DNA of 64,000 nucleotides from a virus. Positions 30,669 to 42,082 of this stretch are shown one piece after another. Position numbers and translations under genes: made by a program. Under the pieces are notes generated by a model, which was not told where the DNA came from, made no database searches, and saw only the letters and a program-made list of their open reading frames with translations. Numbering within the stretch: the first letter of the stretch is position 1; each line of letters begins with the position of its first letter. Location: the IMG/VR virus record IMGVR_UViG_3300017778_004456, positions 11,996 through 75,995 of that record; one strand, 5' to 3'.

Positions 30669-31765
30669 ACTTAATCTCCTTCAGAATTTCCAGAGTGATT
30701 GCGGTCGCCTGCTTACCAGACATCGAGACATAGTATCCGCCTAGGATACGGTCCCAGGTGAAGATTATCTTGTTAGTCTTATCCTCGACGTGGTATACTG
30801 TTTTGTCAGGTCCCCGGTCTTCCTCGCAAGCTGACTTTGGAACTCGGGTATACTCGTGCTGAGTATCTGAGCGATAAGAACCTGCTGAGATGTAGCCTCG
30901 CTGCGAGAGCTTCAGCTCATATTCCTGACGTTTATCAGCTTCAGACTTCTCGAACTTGAAGTTCAACATCCGATAACCTTGCCTTTAACCTTCACACATT
31001 ATGCCATAGCCGGGCCTCTGGAACAAGGCTTGCCGTGTCAGGAAGATTAAAGGGCTGCTCGCCTCGGTTGGTCAGCCGGAATGATCACGTCCTCGGAGTC
31101 GTACTCAGGTTCCGGCTCGCCGTTGATGACGTAGATCTTCTTGTCGTTGAGAGGATACTTAGGATCGTACGGCGGAGTGATCATTGGGTTGACGGCGAAG
31201 TCCGCGCGGAACTTCTTAAGCTGTGCCACGAGATCAGCTTTCGTGATTTTCTCGAACTTCCAAGTCCCGGCGTCTTCGAGGATGGTCTGGTCAGTCAGAA
31301 GCAGGTAGGATCTTACCTGCTCCGGACTGTTGCGTCCTCCAGCCGTACACCAGTTGAGTATCGCGATGCCTTCGTCAGCATACGGATACTCAAAGATTTG
31401 CTCTTCGGATTGATCGTGCGTCATAAGTGACCCCTAGCTGTGATGTATAAGTTAACCACAAGCTAACGGCGGTTTACGTCGCCGGCAAGGGGTCAGTTAT
31501 CCATCCGGTGTCTTGGAGTCTCGTCAGTAGTCTCGTCTACAGTGGAGCTATCCTCCGCCATGTCGAAGGCAGCGTCCGCATAACGATTCGCTAGCTTATG
31601 AGCGAGAGCAATCCCGCTGACGGTTCCGAACGCAGTCCCGCCGTGACCCTTCTCGGTGACATATGTGAGAACCAATCCGGTAAGATCGTCCTCGTGTTCT
31701 AAGATATAGTCGAAGAGCTCCTGGAGCGTTGGCTGTTCTGCGACGACTTCGGGATTGCGGCTCAT
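30643..31765 (-). other. Three small hypothetical genes (30643-30969, 31047-31424, 31493-31765)
   Basis: ORFs with RBS-like sequences, separated by promoter-like gaps. Confidence 0.6.
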
Positions 31766-31854
31766 TGATGAACTCCTTATACTGAGTAACCCTTGCACAT
31801 TGCAGAAGAGCAATCGTTAGGGCAATGCTTGCGCTACAGTAACAGTAAGAGCTT

Positions 31855-34020
31855 ATGAAGACATACCGCCAGAATCTTCTCCAAAAGATCTCCGGTTCCA
31901 GTAAGGTTGTAGAATATGAGAAGGTAATCCAACCCGACTACGAAGGACTCATTGACGAGTTCTTTCCCGACCGCGTCCTAGAGAACGGTTGGGCGAGAGT
32001 TAACTCGGAGGGCGACGCTGGTCGTTCTCGTGCGTTCAACGTGGAAACTGGGAAGTGGACTAACTTCGCTGAGCAACTTGGCGGGAGCGGATTTCTCAGC
32101 TTCCTGATCGAGCTTAAAGGCTGGTCAGGACTCGGAGACTTCTGCCGGACTCACAAGTCTCCGCTGAACTTCCTTCTCCTGGACAAGCTGCGCGTTCCTG
32201 ACTTCAGTCCGGCGGTTCGTTATGCCGAAGGTCGCGGCTTTGAACTAGGTGGTCGCTGGGAATATCGCGACACCGATGGATTCCTGCTTGGGATTCGCGT
32301 CAGGTTTAACGACAGGAAGACGGGCGGCAAGGAGTTCAAGCTTCTATCGTACCGTACCAATTGCGAAGTCAAAGAAAAGCATCGCCGAGAAGGCTGGCGT
32401 CTTGACGGCGATTGGGGTCCGCTAGATCCGCTCTACGGCCTTGAGAAGTTCGGAGAGATTGGCAACAGGACGATTCTCATCTGCGAGGGTGAGAAAGCAA
32501 CTGACGCAGCCAACAAGCTCATTCCAGAGGAAGTGTTCGCAACGACTTGGGGCTGGGGATCAGCCTCAGGTACGGCCAAGGCGGACTGGAGTTTCCTACC
32601 CGATAGTAATCGCAAGGTCACTTGGCCTGACAAGGACGAGCCCGGTCGTAAGGTCGTGGAGAAGCTGGCAGGCAAGATCGCCGGCCTGAAGGTCGTCCAA
32701 GTTTGGGACTGTCCTGAGCTCAAAGAAGGGGACGACCTATACGATGTCCCACAGAATTTCCGGGACACTGTCCTAAAGATGATTGCGGACGCTACAACGC
32801 TGTCCGGGACGAAGGTGGGCAACGAACTCAAGACCCGCTTCATCTACATCGAGAAGACAGGCGAGTTCTTCGATCGCACAGACGGTACCATCCTGGACAC
32901 CAATCTGTTTCGCAAGAAGCACATGGTTCAGGTAGAGTGTTTGGATGAGGAACTACTGCAAGATCCGGCTATGGTTCGAGTCAATCAGACGTCGTACATG
33001 CCGGGTAAGTCAGACATCTACGAAGATGTCATGGACGGCTACAATCGACGTTTCCTAAACTCCTATCGCGCCCACAATCTGGAAGCTGCTGAAGGAGATC
33101 CTGAGTACTTCCTGGAACATATGTCGTATCTCGTACCGAATGAGAAGGTGCGGAACCACATCATCGACTACCTAGCTTTCATGATTCAGCACCCCGGCGT
33201 GAAGATGCATTGGGCTCCGCTGATTCAGGGCGTGCCGGGTACGGGTAAGTCCTATCTCGCGTTCCTAATGTGTAAGATCCTTGGACGCCACAACGTCAAA
33301 GAGATTACCACCGACGAGTTCAAAGGTGACTTCTCCGGATGGGTCGAGGGCGGACAGCTCGTGGTCTTCGAAGAGGTTATGACCAACGGTCGTCGCGACC
33401 TTATGAACAAGATCAAGACACAGTTCACTTCTGAGACAGTACGCGTCAACAAGAAGAATGTTCAGGACTACCATGTCCCGAACGTGTTCAACTTCCTACT
33501 GTTCACTAACTATGAAGACGCTGTGCTTCTGGACGACGGTGACCGCCGCTTCATGATTTACAACTCGCCGGCTAGGCCGCAGTCAGAAGAGTACTATACG
33601 AACCTGTTCACGTCTACAATTGAGGAGTCCGGCCAAGTACTCTGGATGCTTCAGAACAGGGACCTGTCGAAGTTCAACCCGAAGGGCGTAGCGCCCATGA
33701 CGGAAGACAAGAAGCGCCTTATGGAGTCATCCAAGGGCGAGCTGTACCACGTCATCAAGGAAGCCATCGACACCGCGGTCCTGCCGTTCAATCTAGACAT
33801 GGCAAAGCAGTCTGAGATCATGAACTACGCACGAGCTCACGCCAACCTGCGGAATCCGAAGCAGCTAACTCCAGTCCTGAAACAACTTGGATGTCGCGAA
33901 ATTGCTCGGTTGCGCGATGGAAATGGACACGTTACAGTGTGGGCTGTTCGGAATGCAGATCAATATGTCGACTTCGACGCGCAAGCCTGCCGGGACTTCA
34001 TCGCTCGCCCAACCTCCTGA
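31855..34020 (+). CDS. Primase-helicase fusion (TOPRIM plus SF3/D5-like helicase)
   Basis: ICEGEKATDA and WPDKDEPG (TOPRIM); GVPGTGKS, VVFEE, FTN and DRRF (SF3). Confidence 0.9.
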   Translation: MKTYRQNLLQKISGSSKVVEYEKVIQPDYEGLIDEFFPDRVLENGWARVNSEGDAGRSRAFNVETGKWTNFAEQLGGSGFLSFLIELKGWSGLGDFCRTHKSPLNFLLLDKLRVPDFSPAVRYAEGRGFELGGRWEYRDTDGFLLGIRVRFNDRKTGGKEFKLLSYRTNCEVKEKHRREGWRLDGDWGPLDPLYGLEKFGEIGNRTILICEGEKATDAANKLIPEEVFATTWGWGSASGTAKADWSFLPDSNRKVTWPDKDEPGRKVVEKLAGKIAGLKVVQVWDCPELKEGDDLYDVPQNFRDTVLKMIADATTLSGTKVGNELKTRFIYIEKTGEFFDRTDGTILDTNLFRKKHMVQVECLDEELLQDPAMVRVNQTSYMPGKSDIYEDVMDGYNRRFLNSYRAHNLEAAEGDPEYFLEHMSYLVPNEKVRNHIIDYLAFMIQHPGVKMHWAPLIQGVPGTGKSYLAFLMCKILGRHNVKEITTDEFKGDFSGWVEGGQLVVFEEVMTNGRRDLMNKIKTQFTSETVRVNKKNVQDYHVPNVFNFLLFTNYEDAVLLDDGDRRFMIYNSPARPQSEEYYTNLFTSTIEESGQVLWMLQNRDLSKFNPKGVAPMTEDKKRLMESSKGELYHVIKEAIDTAVLPFNLDMAKQSEIMNYARAHANLRNPKQLTPVLKQLGCREIARLRDGNGHVTVWAVRNADQYVDFDAQACRDFIARPTS

Positions 34021-34219
34021 GATACTCAGACCTCTGGGTAGTGGCTCTCTGGAAGAGGGCCGCGTGAACGTAGTCATCGGGAAGAAGCAACTAGCGACGA
34101 TTCCGGTGCACGACCTTCCAGAATTCTTAAGAGTCCTGGCCCGACAAGTCCCGTTCGGAGCATCTTTCATGAACTACATGCTGAAAGCAGCTGACGAAGC
34201 CGAGGCCAAGAATCGCTAA
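33965..34219 (+). CDS. Hypothetical protein
   Basis: Short ORF overlapping the primase end and followed by a hairpin (gagggatcc...ggatccctc). Confidence 0.5.
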   Translation: MSTSTRKPAGTSSLAQPPEILRPLGSGSLEEGRVNVVIGKKQLATIPVHDLPEFLRVLARQVPFGASFMNYMLKAADEAEAKNR

Positions 34220-34435
34220 TCGCACTGAAAAAAGAGGGATCCGAGGCCACTGGCCTACAAGGATCCCTCAGTCGCTTCACCGCCCGGTGAACTTGCGTGC
34301 TGGCAACTGCCCGTAGAACCCACTTCAGGACGCCTAGCGCGGGCGTTACGCGCGTTCGGCTGTGCGGGCTAGGGGCTGCACTAGGGCAAGGCTGCACCCA
34401 AGGCGGGGCCAGCAGCAAGTCAAATTAGCCTGACG

Positions 34436-35257
34436 TTACGCCGACTTCAAGGCTTCGATTACATCCTGAGTGCGGACCTCTTTCTCAGTCGCTGAGAGCA
34501 CGCAGATCAACGCTGATCGGCGAGTGGCAGGTCCCAGGACTCCGTCTTCCTTAACCTTGGAAACGAATCCCGTGCGGTTGATGATCTGCTGAAGTTCCAG
34601 CACCGACTCCTTGGAGAAGGGTTTGATCTTCAGCTCATCGCTCATCTCTTTCAGCTTGGGGTCGGCATCGACCAGCCAGCCAACAGGTTGCTTCTCTGCG
34701 AAGTGAGCTCGCAGTTTCGTGTGATAGCCGCGCTCCGCGTACTTGGATCCGTTGTAGGCGTAGGCGAACGCCTCGAAATCTTTCTCAGCAACCGTGCGTG
34801 TGATTTGCCGAGAGATGCAGAAGTTCACGAAGCCGACGACCTGCGCCACGGGATTCAGGTCGAAGTCCTGATACATCGCGAGCGCCGTGTCCCAGCCGCA
34901 CATCATGGAGTTCCGGCCCAGCGGCTGGAAGAGTCCCCATGAGGAGGCATCCCGTGCTGCCTCAGCATCTAGTCGCGAGGCGTGCTCGAAAACTTTCTGG
35001 ACATCACTGTAGCGAGACGGGTAGCGATTCTTCCGATAGCTGTCGGTCGAGATAGGGTACTCGCCCATCTTCTCCTCAGAGAAGCGATGACGAGTGAGTT
35101 CGCCGAAGATATGAGCCTCGTGCAGTCCCTTCAGAAACCCGTTCGGATAGCGATCTAGCCGGTTGGATTCCTTAGCCGCCACAGCGGAGATGAACTTCGA
35201 GTCCGGTGCGCCGAGAACGGCAGCGGCCCAAGACAGTGCACGAGTCGGAACTTTCAT
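34436..35257 (-). CDS. Endolysin, N-acetylmuramidase (DUF3380-like) with peptidoglycan-binding C-terminus
   Basis: AVAAKES, EAHIF, SSWGLFQ, FAYAYNG...YHTKL; LQQIIN...DGVLGPAT binding motif. Confidence 0.85.
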   Translation of the reverse strand: MKVPTRALSWAAAVLGAPDSKFISAVAAKESNRLDRYPNGFLKGLHEAHIFGELTRHRFSEEKMGEYPISTDSYRKNRYPSRYSDVQKVFEHASRLDAEAARDASSWGLFQPLGRNSMMCGWDTALAMYQDFDLNPVAQVVGFVNFCISRQITRTVAEKDFEAFAYAYNGSKYAERGYHTKLRAHFAEKQPVGWLVDADPKLKEMSDELKIKPFSKESVLELQQIINRTGFVSKVKEDGVLGPATRRSALICVLSATEKEVRTQDVIEALKSA

Positions 35258-38200
35258 TTTAAGACGATTCCATAAAGGAGGAACAGGCGGTCAGGATTGA
35301 TGTCCAGACGGATCTGACCATCCTGAGGGACGTCCCAACTGTAACGCTCCGGGCGTTGATCTGCAAGCGGCAGGTTTGTCGCGCAATCTGCCGTCTGCAT
35401 GTAATGCGTCGGAATGACTTGGTCCGAGTGACGATTCATCTTGAACTTGTATCCTGTGGGATACCGAGTCAGGTAGAGTCCGTAGGTTGTGGGAGTCACA
35501 ACTACCCGGTCACTCTGGGAGATCCTCGCCGCGTTCATCGCTAGCGGAGGCCACGTCCAACGAATCGCTGGGGTCGGTCGTCCGCCGTTCCGCTGAAACT
35601 CTCGGAGAAAAGTCAGGGAGAACAAACGGCTCGTGTCGGGGTGGGCGGGGGTCGCGTCCATCATTCTTATCGGGACGTATCCGGGCGTAATCGGGCCAGG
35701 ATTCGCCGGCATCATCGACAAACCCCGCCAAGGACTCAGGCTCCTCCTCCCCATCATTTGCCAGTCGATCGGCGTAAGTGTCCTCAGCTCGTACCCGTGC
35801 GGAACCGTCTCTCCCTGGGAGATAGAACTCAAGGTAGGTCCCAGCCCCATATGATGGATCAAGTTCTTCTTCAGGATTTGGTGCGGTTCGTAGAGCATGG
35901 GACGATCCTATAAAGCGGTGAATCTCTAACAGCATTCGAGCCTCAACCCAGAGAGCTCTCCAAGTAGGGACTCGGGCCATGTCTCGGGTGTTGCCATAAT
36001 CTTTCTTCTGACCTTCAGTAATGAGGACAGCGACGTAGGCTTTGATAATTTTATCGGGATCCAGGTACCGGAGTTGGCACAGGAATCTTGCCACCTTCTC
36101 CTCGTCGGGAGTGGCCTCCGGCAACCAATCAGAAGGGAGGGTCACTGACCGCTTCCCTCGCTTTGTTGTAGGAGTCGGTGAAGCCCTTCGACTGAAGGCT
36201 ATCGGATACAGCGACTTCCATGAAGTAGAAGCACGTCGGATCAAACTCATACGGAGCGAAGCCTGGATCGTGAACGATATACGACCGTCGACTTATTCCA
36301 GGAGGAGTCCAGGTCACGACGGCGTGAGGGTTCACATCCTCGAGATCAGGAGGTTGAACAATTGCAATCCCCAGCCCGAGAGGCGGTTGTCCGACTGGCC
36401 CTCGTAGAGACCAGTACTCCCTAACTCCGGACGCGAACTCCATGTAAGTGTTCACGTCATCGACCCAGAGACCAATGCTGTGCATCGGATCTTTGGTTGC
36501 TCTCGCAAATGCGTCCTTGATCACAAGATCAAGGTCGGTGATCTTATGTCCGGTAATCGTCGCGATGCAGGCCGCGAGGCAGTCCTTCCCGTGCATACTC
36601 CAGACAGGCTGGATCACAGGACCGCGGTGAATACCTCTGGAAATGATCATCTACTTCACCAGATGCTTTCTCGCTTGAATCGAAACTTCTGGCAGCGTTC
36701 GCTCTACGAGACGCCAGTAGGCGCCGAGAGTCTCCGCCTCGTCAATCTTCTGACCAAGTTCGGATTGAATCTGGACGAACATGAAGGCTGTCTCCAACGC
36801 TTGGTGGTTTCCCATGTCTCGAGCGCTCCAAGCCTGACAGACTTTGAGCGGCGTGTTGAGAGACTTCCAGGATTCCTTCGGCTCGACTTCGACGATGTTG
36901 ACGTTCTCAGCAATATGACGAGCTACCCCGCCGAAGATTCCAGCGACTGCCGCCTTCTTGAGCTGCTCGTTCTTGTGAAGGTCCATAGTCTTGACCAGTC
37001 CGTGGAAGAGCATTCTCATCGCGTCGGTAGCGTCAGCAACGAGTATCTCGAGCTCAGCTATCTGTTTCGGCGTGAGGGGACGAGTCGTGTAGCTTGAAGG
37101 ATTGTCTGAGTATTTCATGATCAAACTCCGCATTTGGTCAAGAGAACTATCACTATTGGAATTATGATTAACCAAGCAGGAAGCGTTGACAACAAGATAT
37201 CTTTTAGATGTTCTTTGAAGATTCTCACAGCAGTCCTCCCATGCTAGGCCTCAACCATAAGCCTAGCATGGGAAGTCGTCATGCGCCAACCAAAGATGCT
37301 CCCTGAATAATCAGGCCGCCGCGTGCGTCGATCTCGGCGCGACGCGTTGTGAGGAAGGTGAGCCAAGTTGATTTCCGGCCGGACTTGATCCAGTCCTGGT
37401 GAGCACGTTGAATCATCTTCGTGGTCATACCGCGCTGAGCTTGGATCAACTTGTTGTACTCCTTGTCGGAGTCTTCTTGGACACGCAGCCACTCGCGGAG
37501 TCGCGACTTGGCCGAGTCTCGCACGGCCTTGGCATCTTCCTCGTTCATGTCGGTGCGGAGGACGGTAGCCTCCCTGATCATCCGTTCCATGACGTTGTTC
37601 TTTCGTCCCTTGAAGGGTCTCACGTTGACGCTCGGGTCGGCTGTTCGTAGTATCCGTTTCTTTGGCACTTTCATAATAGCTCCTCTCACTTGTTGATGCG
37701 GTTCGGTCCCACAATGTCAAAGACATCCGGAACCTTCTTCAGAAACTCGATTCGATCCATTGCCAGCACTTTCGTATCAAAGTCCGCGCAGTACTCTGTC
37801 TCCTTTAGTGAAAGCGGCTGGCGAAAAGTCCACTTGACCCGCCAGCTCATCTGAACTCGCCGGTAAGGTGAGTTCCGTTGCAGACCAGGCTTGTTCCTCT
37901 GAATAGCCGGCTCAGGAACTTTCTTCATACCAGCCTGACGAATTCGTTCCTTCTCTGCGTCCAAATCTCGACGACGTTGATAATCTATCTCGTAGACGGC
38001 GTTCAGTATACATCTGATCTGCCAGTCCGAAACAGGCGGTACGTCTTTCTTACTGTTGATCCACAGCTTAACGAGGGGAACCATTCGGTTCAGCTTGTCT
38101 GCGCGAGTCGGCTTAGGCATGTCGTCCTCAGTAGTAGATCGTGTAGAGGCCCATCGAGTCGTATCGGGAAGGAATCATTGACCGGGCTTCATCCAACCAC

Positions 38201-39931
38201 TCCTCACAAATCCAAGCCGGGATCTCATCAGGATCCGGGTCTTCGTCATCGTTCAGAAGATACTCTTCGGTCTTGTTCTGAACGTGGACCTTGATGATCG
38301 CCCACGCGATATCTCCCATGTGACCAGCAGGTCCGGTGATGCCGGGGACTTGCTTCCCGTACATTCCCCGGCCCGAGTACATGGTAGCGGAAAAGCCTTC
38401 GTCACCGTTCTGGTGAAGCAGCTCGACTGCCGCCTCAGCAATCGCTAGTGTTAGACGTTCGGTCATCGATTTTCTCCTGTCGGGTGCGAGCTTCGACTGA
38501 TTTGTAGTACAGGACTTCCGAGTAGTTCAGCCAGTAGAGTCGAATCAGGCCGAACACTAGGTTGATCATCAGGGTGTTCCGGCCGTAGCTGAATCCGAAT
38601 TCAACAGATCTTCCGCCGCCGAAGCGTTCGGGGTGAATCCAACCGTACTTGGCCTTGATGGGCGAGTGTCGGTCCTGCTGCCAAGGCCAGCGACTCGCTA
38701 CGATCTCTAGGTGGCCGATTCTCATCGAAAAGCCTCTGATAGGATGATTGCCATGAGTGTTGTAATTCCGAAGAACATGAGCGACAACACGAAAACGAGT
38801 TCGGCAGTCTCAGGATCGAGCTTCACGAGCGATATCCTTTCTCGGTTGGTAGACTTATTGCTTGGCTCACTATGTGCTCCCGCGTGCGGCGCGTGCCGCC
38901 CTACCTTGTACCCTACGGACACGCTGTAGAGCAAGCGTATAGCCCTCTAAAGCGCATCCTATAGGCCGTGCCAGCCGTGCCGCCCGGAGCATTTCCGAGC
39001 AGCCGCACCCTACGGTTCAGTAACGAACGGAACCAAGAGTTGGAGTGCTTGGTCCTCGCCGACCTCAGCGCGAAGCTGGTACCACTGACTCATGCCCTCC
39101 TGATCCAGGTGGTCCAGAGTCACGTGCAGCCAGTCGATGGCCTTCATCTCATCAGTCTCACCCTCGGCCAGCATGTCCTCCAGAATGGCGTGGGACTTGT
39201 CTTCAATCTGCCGGCGGAGATGGTCAGGGACTTGTGTCATTGGTTGAGCCTCTTAAGGATTGATGCGTAGGTGACTTCCATTTTCGTGAAAGTCTTCTCC
39301 AGGTGCTTGACCCGAAGTTCGTGAGACTCGATCACGGCGAAGAGGGACTCCACGCCGTGACGAGCTGTTTTGTTCGTAGGGTCGATTCCCATCGCGACAC
39401 ACCATCCGTGTGAACGGCGCTTTCTCGCTGCGGTACGACGCTTGACCTCTTTCGGGTCCTCGGTCATGGCGCCAACCGTCCGGGCCAGTACTTCTGCAGA
39501 CGTGCTACCGCCTCATCGAGATCGGCAAAGTGACGAACCATAGCTCCGTTCTTGCCGATGGTTGCGCGCTCAAACGTCCGGTAGCTGATGCCGTTGACCT
39601 TGTAGGGTCCGTCGCTCCATGCCTCGTTCAAGAAGACGAGATAGCTGCACTGTTCGGACTTCCACCACTCGCGGACGTGGGCGTGCTCACCCTTGCCACG
39701 AGTCTCGCTCATGAGGTCCCAGACGCTCATGACGTCCTGACCTTGCGGGTTCTTGGAAACCATCCTCCGGCGGGACGAACCCGTGCGAGGCTCAAACCAG
39801 AACCCCGGCTTCTGCGGATTGATGGGAAGGGGAAATTCTGTAGAGTAGTCCTGATTAGTTGTCACCTGAAACCTCCGGGTTGACCTGCGGCTACAAATAA
39901 GGTAAGCCGTGCTTACGTCAAACGCAAGCAC
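35254..39931 (-). other. Run of about 11 small hypothetical genes (e.g. 35254-35898, 36129-36650, 36651-37175, 37279-37689, 37686-38120, 38128-38466, 38435-38725, 39010-39240, 39237-39467, 39464-39931)
   Basis: Densely packed, mostly coupled ORFs. No family recognised, except a possible papain-like DCLAACIA...H motif in 36129-36650. Confidence 0.6.
37237..37273. terminator. 13-bp stem hairpin
   Basis: tcccatgctaggc...gcctagcatggga immediately after the 37279 stop of a minus-strand gene. Confidence 0.55.
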
Positions 39932-39955
39932 GGCTTACTCGTCAGGACAACTTTG

Positions 39956-40399
39956 TTACGCTCTACGTCGATAGTCAGGCCCAAGCCCGTCAGTCCCTGG
40001 GGGGACGGGGACGACTGGCAAGGTCGACTTGTCTTCGTAAGGAACAGTGTCCCGGGAAGCGGTATCCCAGAACAAGTGGTCCCAACCTTCACTTCGCTTA
40101 GGACGCGAAGTGAACTTGTGGTTCTCATTGGCAACAAGGATCACCTCGTAGTCGAGATCCTCGGTGCAGGCTCGAATATCCTCCACGACCTTGCGGCGCT
40201 CAGAAGCTGTATCAGCCTCCACGCACCACATGAAGGATTCACTCTTCAACATGAGAACAAACGGATCGAGATCGCGCTTGGCGTACTTCCAGTCGATCAC
40301 ACGCTTGGGCGTGTATCCAACGGGACATACTCGTGCGACGATATCGCGGACCGGCTCGAAGCCGATAGTAACGATGACGTATGGACGTTCGTGGTTCAC
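39956..40399 (-). CDS. Degenerate P-loop kinase-like protein
   Basis: GGAGG RBS and GTG start; aligns by eye with 40705-41289 and 41566-41988 but has no Walker A. Confidence 0.5.
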   Translation of the reverse strand: MNHERPYVIVTIGFEPVRDIVARVCPVGYTPKRVIDWKYAKRDLDPFVLMLKSESFMWCVEADTASERRKVVEDIRACTEDLDYEVILVANENHKFTSRPKRSEGWDHLFWDTASRDTVPYEDKSTLPVVPVPPGTDGLGPDYRRRA

Positions 40400-40704
40400 T
40401 TGAGACCTCCTACTGCTACCACAAAAACAAGTTAACACAGCATTACGTCTTTGGGTGGGTCGTATGCTCAAATTAACCATCTTTTAGCAGTTGGACGATC
40501 AAGCCTGTGGATCGCTGATCTCGACGGTGATCAAGACGAACTTGCCTCTGTACTTGAAGAGAGCCTTCGCCCGCTTGGAGTTCGATTCGGGAACGGTGAT
40601 GTCTCCGACCTCGGCGTCAGGAGTTCGATCGCCGATTCCTCCGAGTGCCTGTTGGAGAAGCTGACGCGGTAGCCTCGGGTCTCGCATGGGGAGAAGGTTG
40701 TTGG

Positions 40705-41289
40705 TCATAGGTTCCATCCGCTCTGGGTAGGAGTGTGGTCACGTAGAGTCTTGTGGAATTCTGGTAGCGGGATAAACGTCCGTTCGGAGAAGCCCTCCCA
40801 GACAGCGGGAAGCTCGAACTCGTCCACCATCGATTCCCAAACCTCTCGCTCGACTCCGTGACGATTCCGCTCGAAGACCTTATTTCGCTGAAACTTCGTC
40901 ACCGGCGGAAAGAAGGCGACAGCCTCAACTCGGAAACCATACTCGTGAAGGAGTCTGATCATCGGTTCTCGGATACCGGTGTTGACGTTCACCTGATCCC
41001 AGACGAAATCCGTGCGATTCTCCAGTAGTACGTCGAGTTCGGCGCCTACGAGCATCTTAGCGTAGAAGTTGAGCTTCTCATCGTTAGTGACTTCTGTGAA
41101 GGAGGTGTTCATCCTTCTTGCTATGTCCTCGCAGATAGCATCGAGGCTGAGAACCTTGACGTTCGACGGGACGTGATGCTTGATCCAGGTGCTCTTTCCA
41201 GCACCCGGCACGCCGATCATCATCGTACATGTCGGCGGGAACATGAATCGCTTGAGTTTAGTCATAGTAGCCGAGATCGTTTTTGTCAT
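40705..41289 (-). CDS. P-loop kinase (AAA_33 / polynucleotide kinase-like)
   Basis: MIGVPGAGKST, SLD, VWDQVN, R-rich lid and ELPAVWEGF. Confidence 0.8.
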   Translation of the reverse strand: MTKTISATMTKLKRFMFPPTCTMMIGVPGAGKSTWIKHHVPSNVKVLSLDAICEDIARRMNTSFTEVTNDEKLNFYAKMLVGAELDVLLENRTDFVWDQVNVNTGIREPMIRLLHEYGFRVEAVAFFPPVTKFQRNKVFERNRHGVEREVWESMVDEFELPAVWEGFSERTFIPLPEFHKTLRDHTPTQSGWNL

Positions 41290-41578
41290 GGGGTCTCCAG
41301 GGTCCGATCATGTAGAGGTGCCACACCTTGCTTCCGATCTGAGTGGAGAGCATGTGAGAAGCCTCGGGCTCGTGAATTGGGAAGTGACTTCCGTAGATCT
41401 TGAACTTGCCGCGCATGGGATTCATGGTACTGAGTGACTCCACATGCACGAAGAAGCTCGCATGTCCGTACTGGTTTGCCTGAATCTCGAAGTAGACAAT
41501 CTTCGATGGATCGCAGACGACGATCTCGTGCGGAGACTCCTCCAGCTCGAATCTTCCAACGGTCTTCATATCAGCCAT
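41258..41578 (-). CDS. Hypothetical protein
   Basis: Coupled ORF with YGSHFPI...VWHLY C-terminus. Confidence 0.6.
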   Translation of the reverse strand: MADMKTVGRFELEESPHEIVVCDPSKIVYFEIQANQYGHASFFVHVESLSTMNPMRGKFKIYGSHFPIHEPEASHMLSTQIGSKVWHLYMIGPWRPHDKNDLGYYD

Positions 41579-41988
41579 CCCTTGTATGGTGAGATCTTAC
41601 CAGTTCGGTCGTACATCATCCAGTTCGTGGCCTCGGGCTCAGGCACAATCCAGAGCACATCAGCGAAACGATCGCCATGAGGCTTCTGTCGCCATCTATC
41701 AAAGAGCTCAGGTACCTTCGGACAGATAGCAAACACCTGATAGTCAGTACCATACTTCCGCACGAACTCCGCCGCCTTCTCTCGATGAGTAACAGCCTTT
41801 CCCGGAACAAACCATATGAAAGACGTTCCGGCTCCCAGGACGTCGGGCACGTACAGTTTCCGGTTATCGAACTCATCGTCAACGACGGTGTTGAGACTCC
41901 AGCCAGTTGGCACGAATCGAGCGAGAGCGTCGCGTCTCGGTCGGTAACCGTGGACCAGAAGGACGACCTTCGGTGGTTGCTCAATCAT
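41566..41988 (-). CDS. Degenerate P-loop kinase-like protein
   Basis: GGAGGT RBS; similar by eye to 39956-40399. Confidence 0.5.
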   Translation of the reverse strand: MIEQPPKVVLLVHGYRPRRDALARFVPTGWSLNTVVDDEFDNRKLYVPDVLGAGTSFIWFVPGKAVTHREKAAEFVRKYGTDYQVFAICPKVPELFDRWRQKPHGDRFADVLWIVPEPEATNWMMYDRTGKISPYKGWLI

Positions 41989-42082
41989 GCGATACCTCCA
42001 TAAGTATGTGCGATTTGTACCATCTACGGTACACCTAGGAAGCCTCCGGAACAAGCACGTATTGCTCGTTCCGGAGTCAGTT

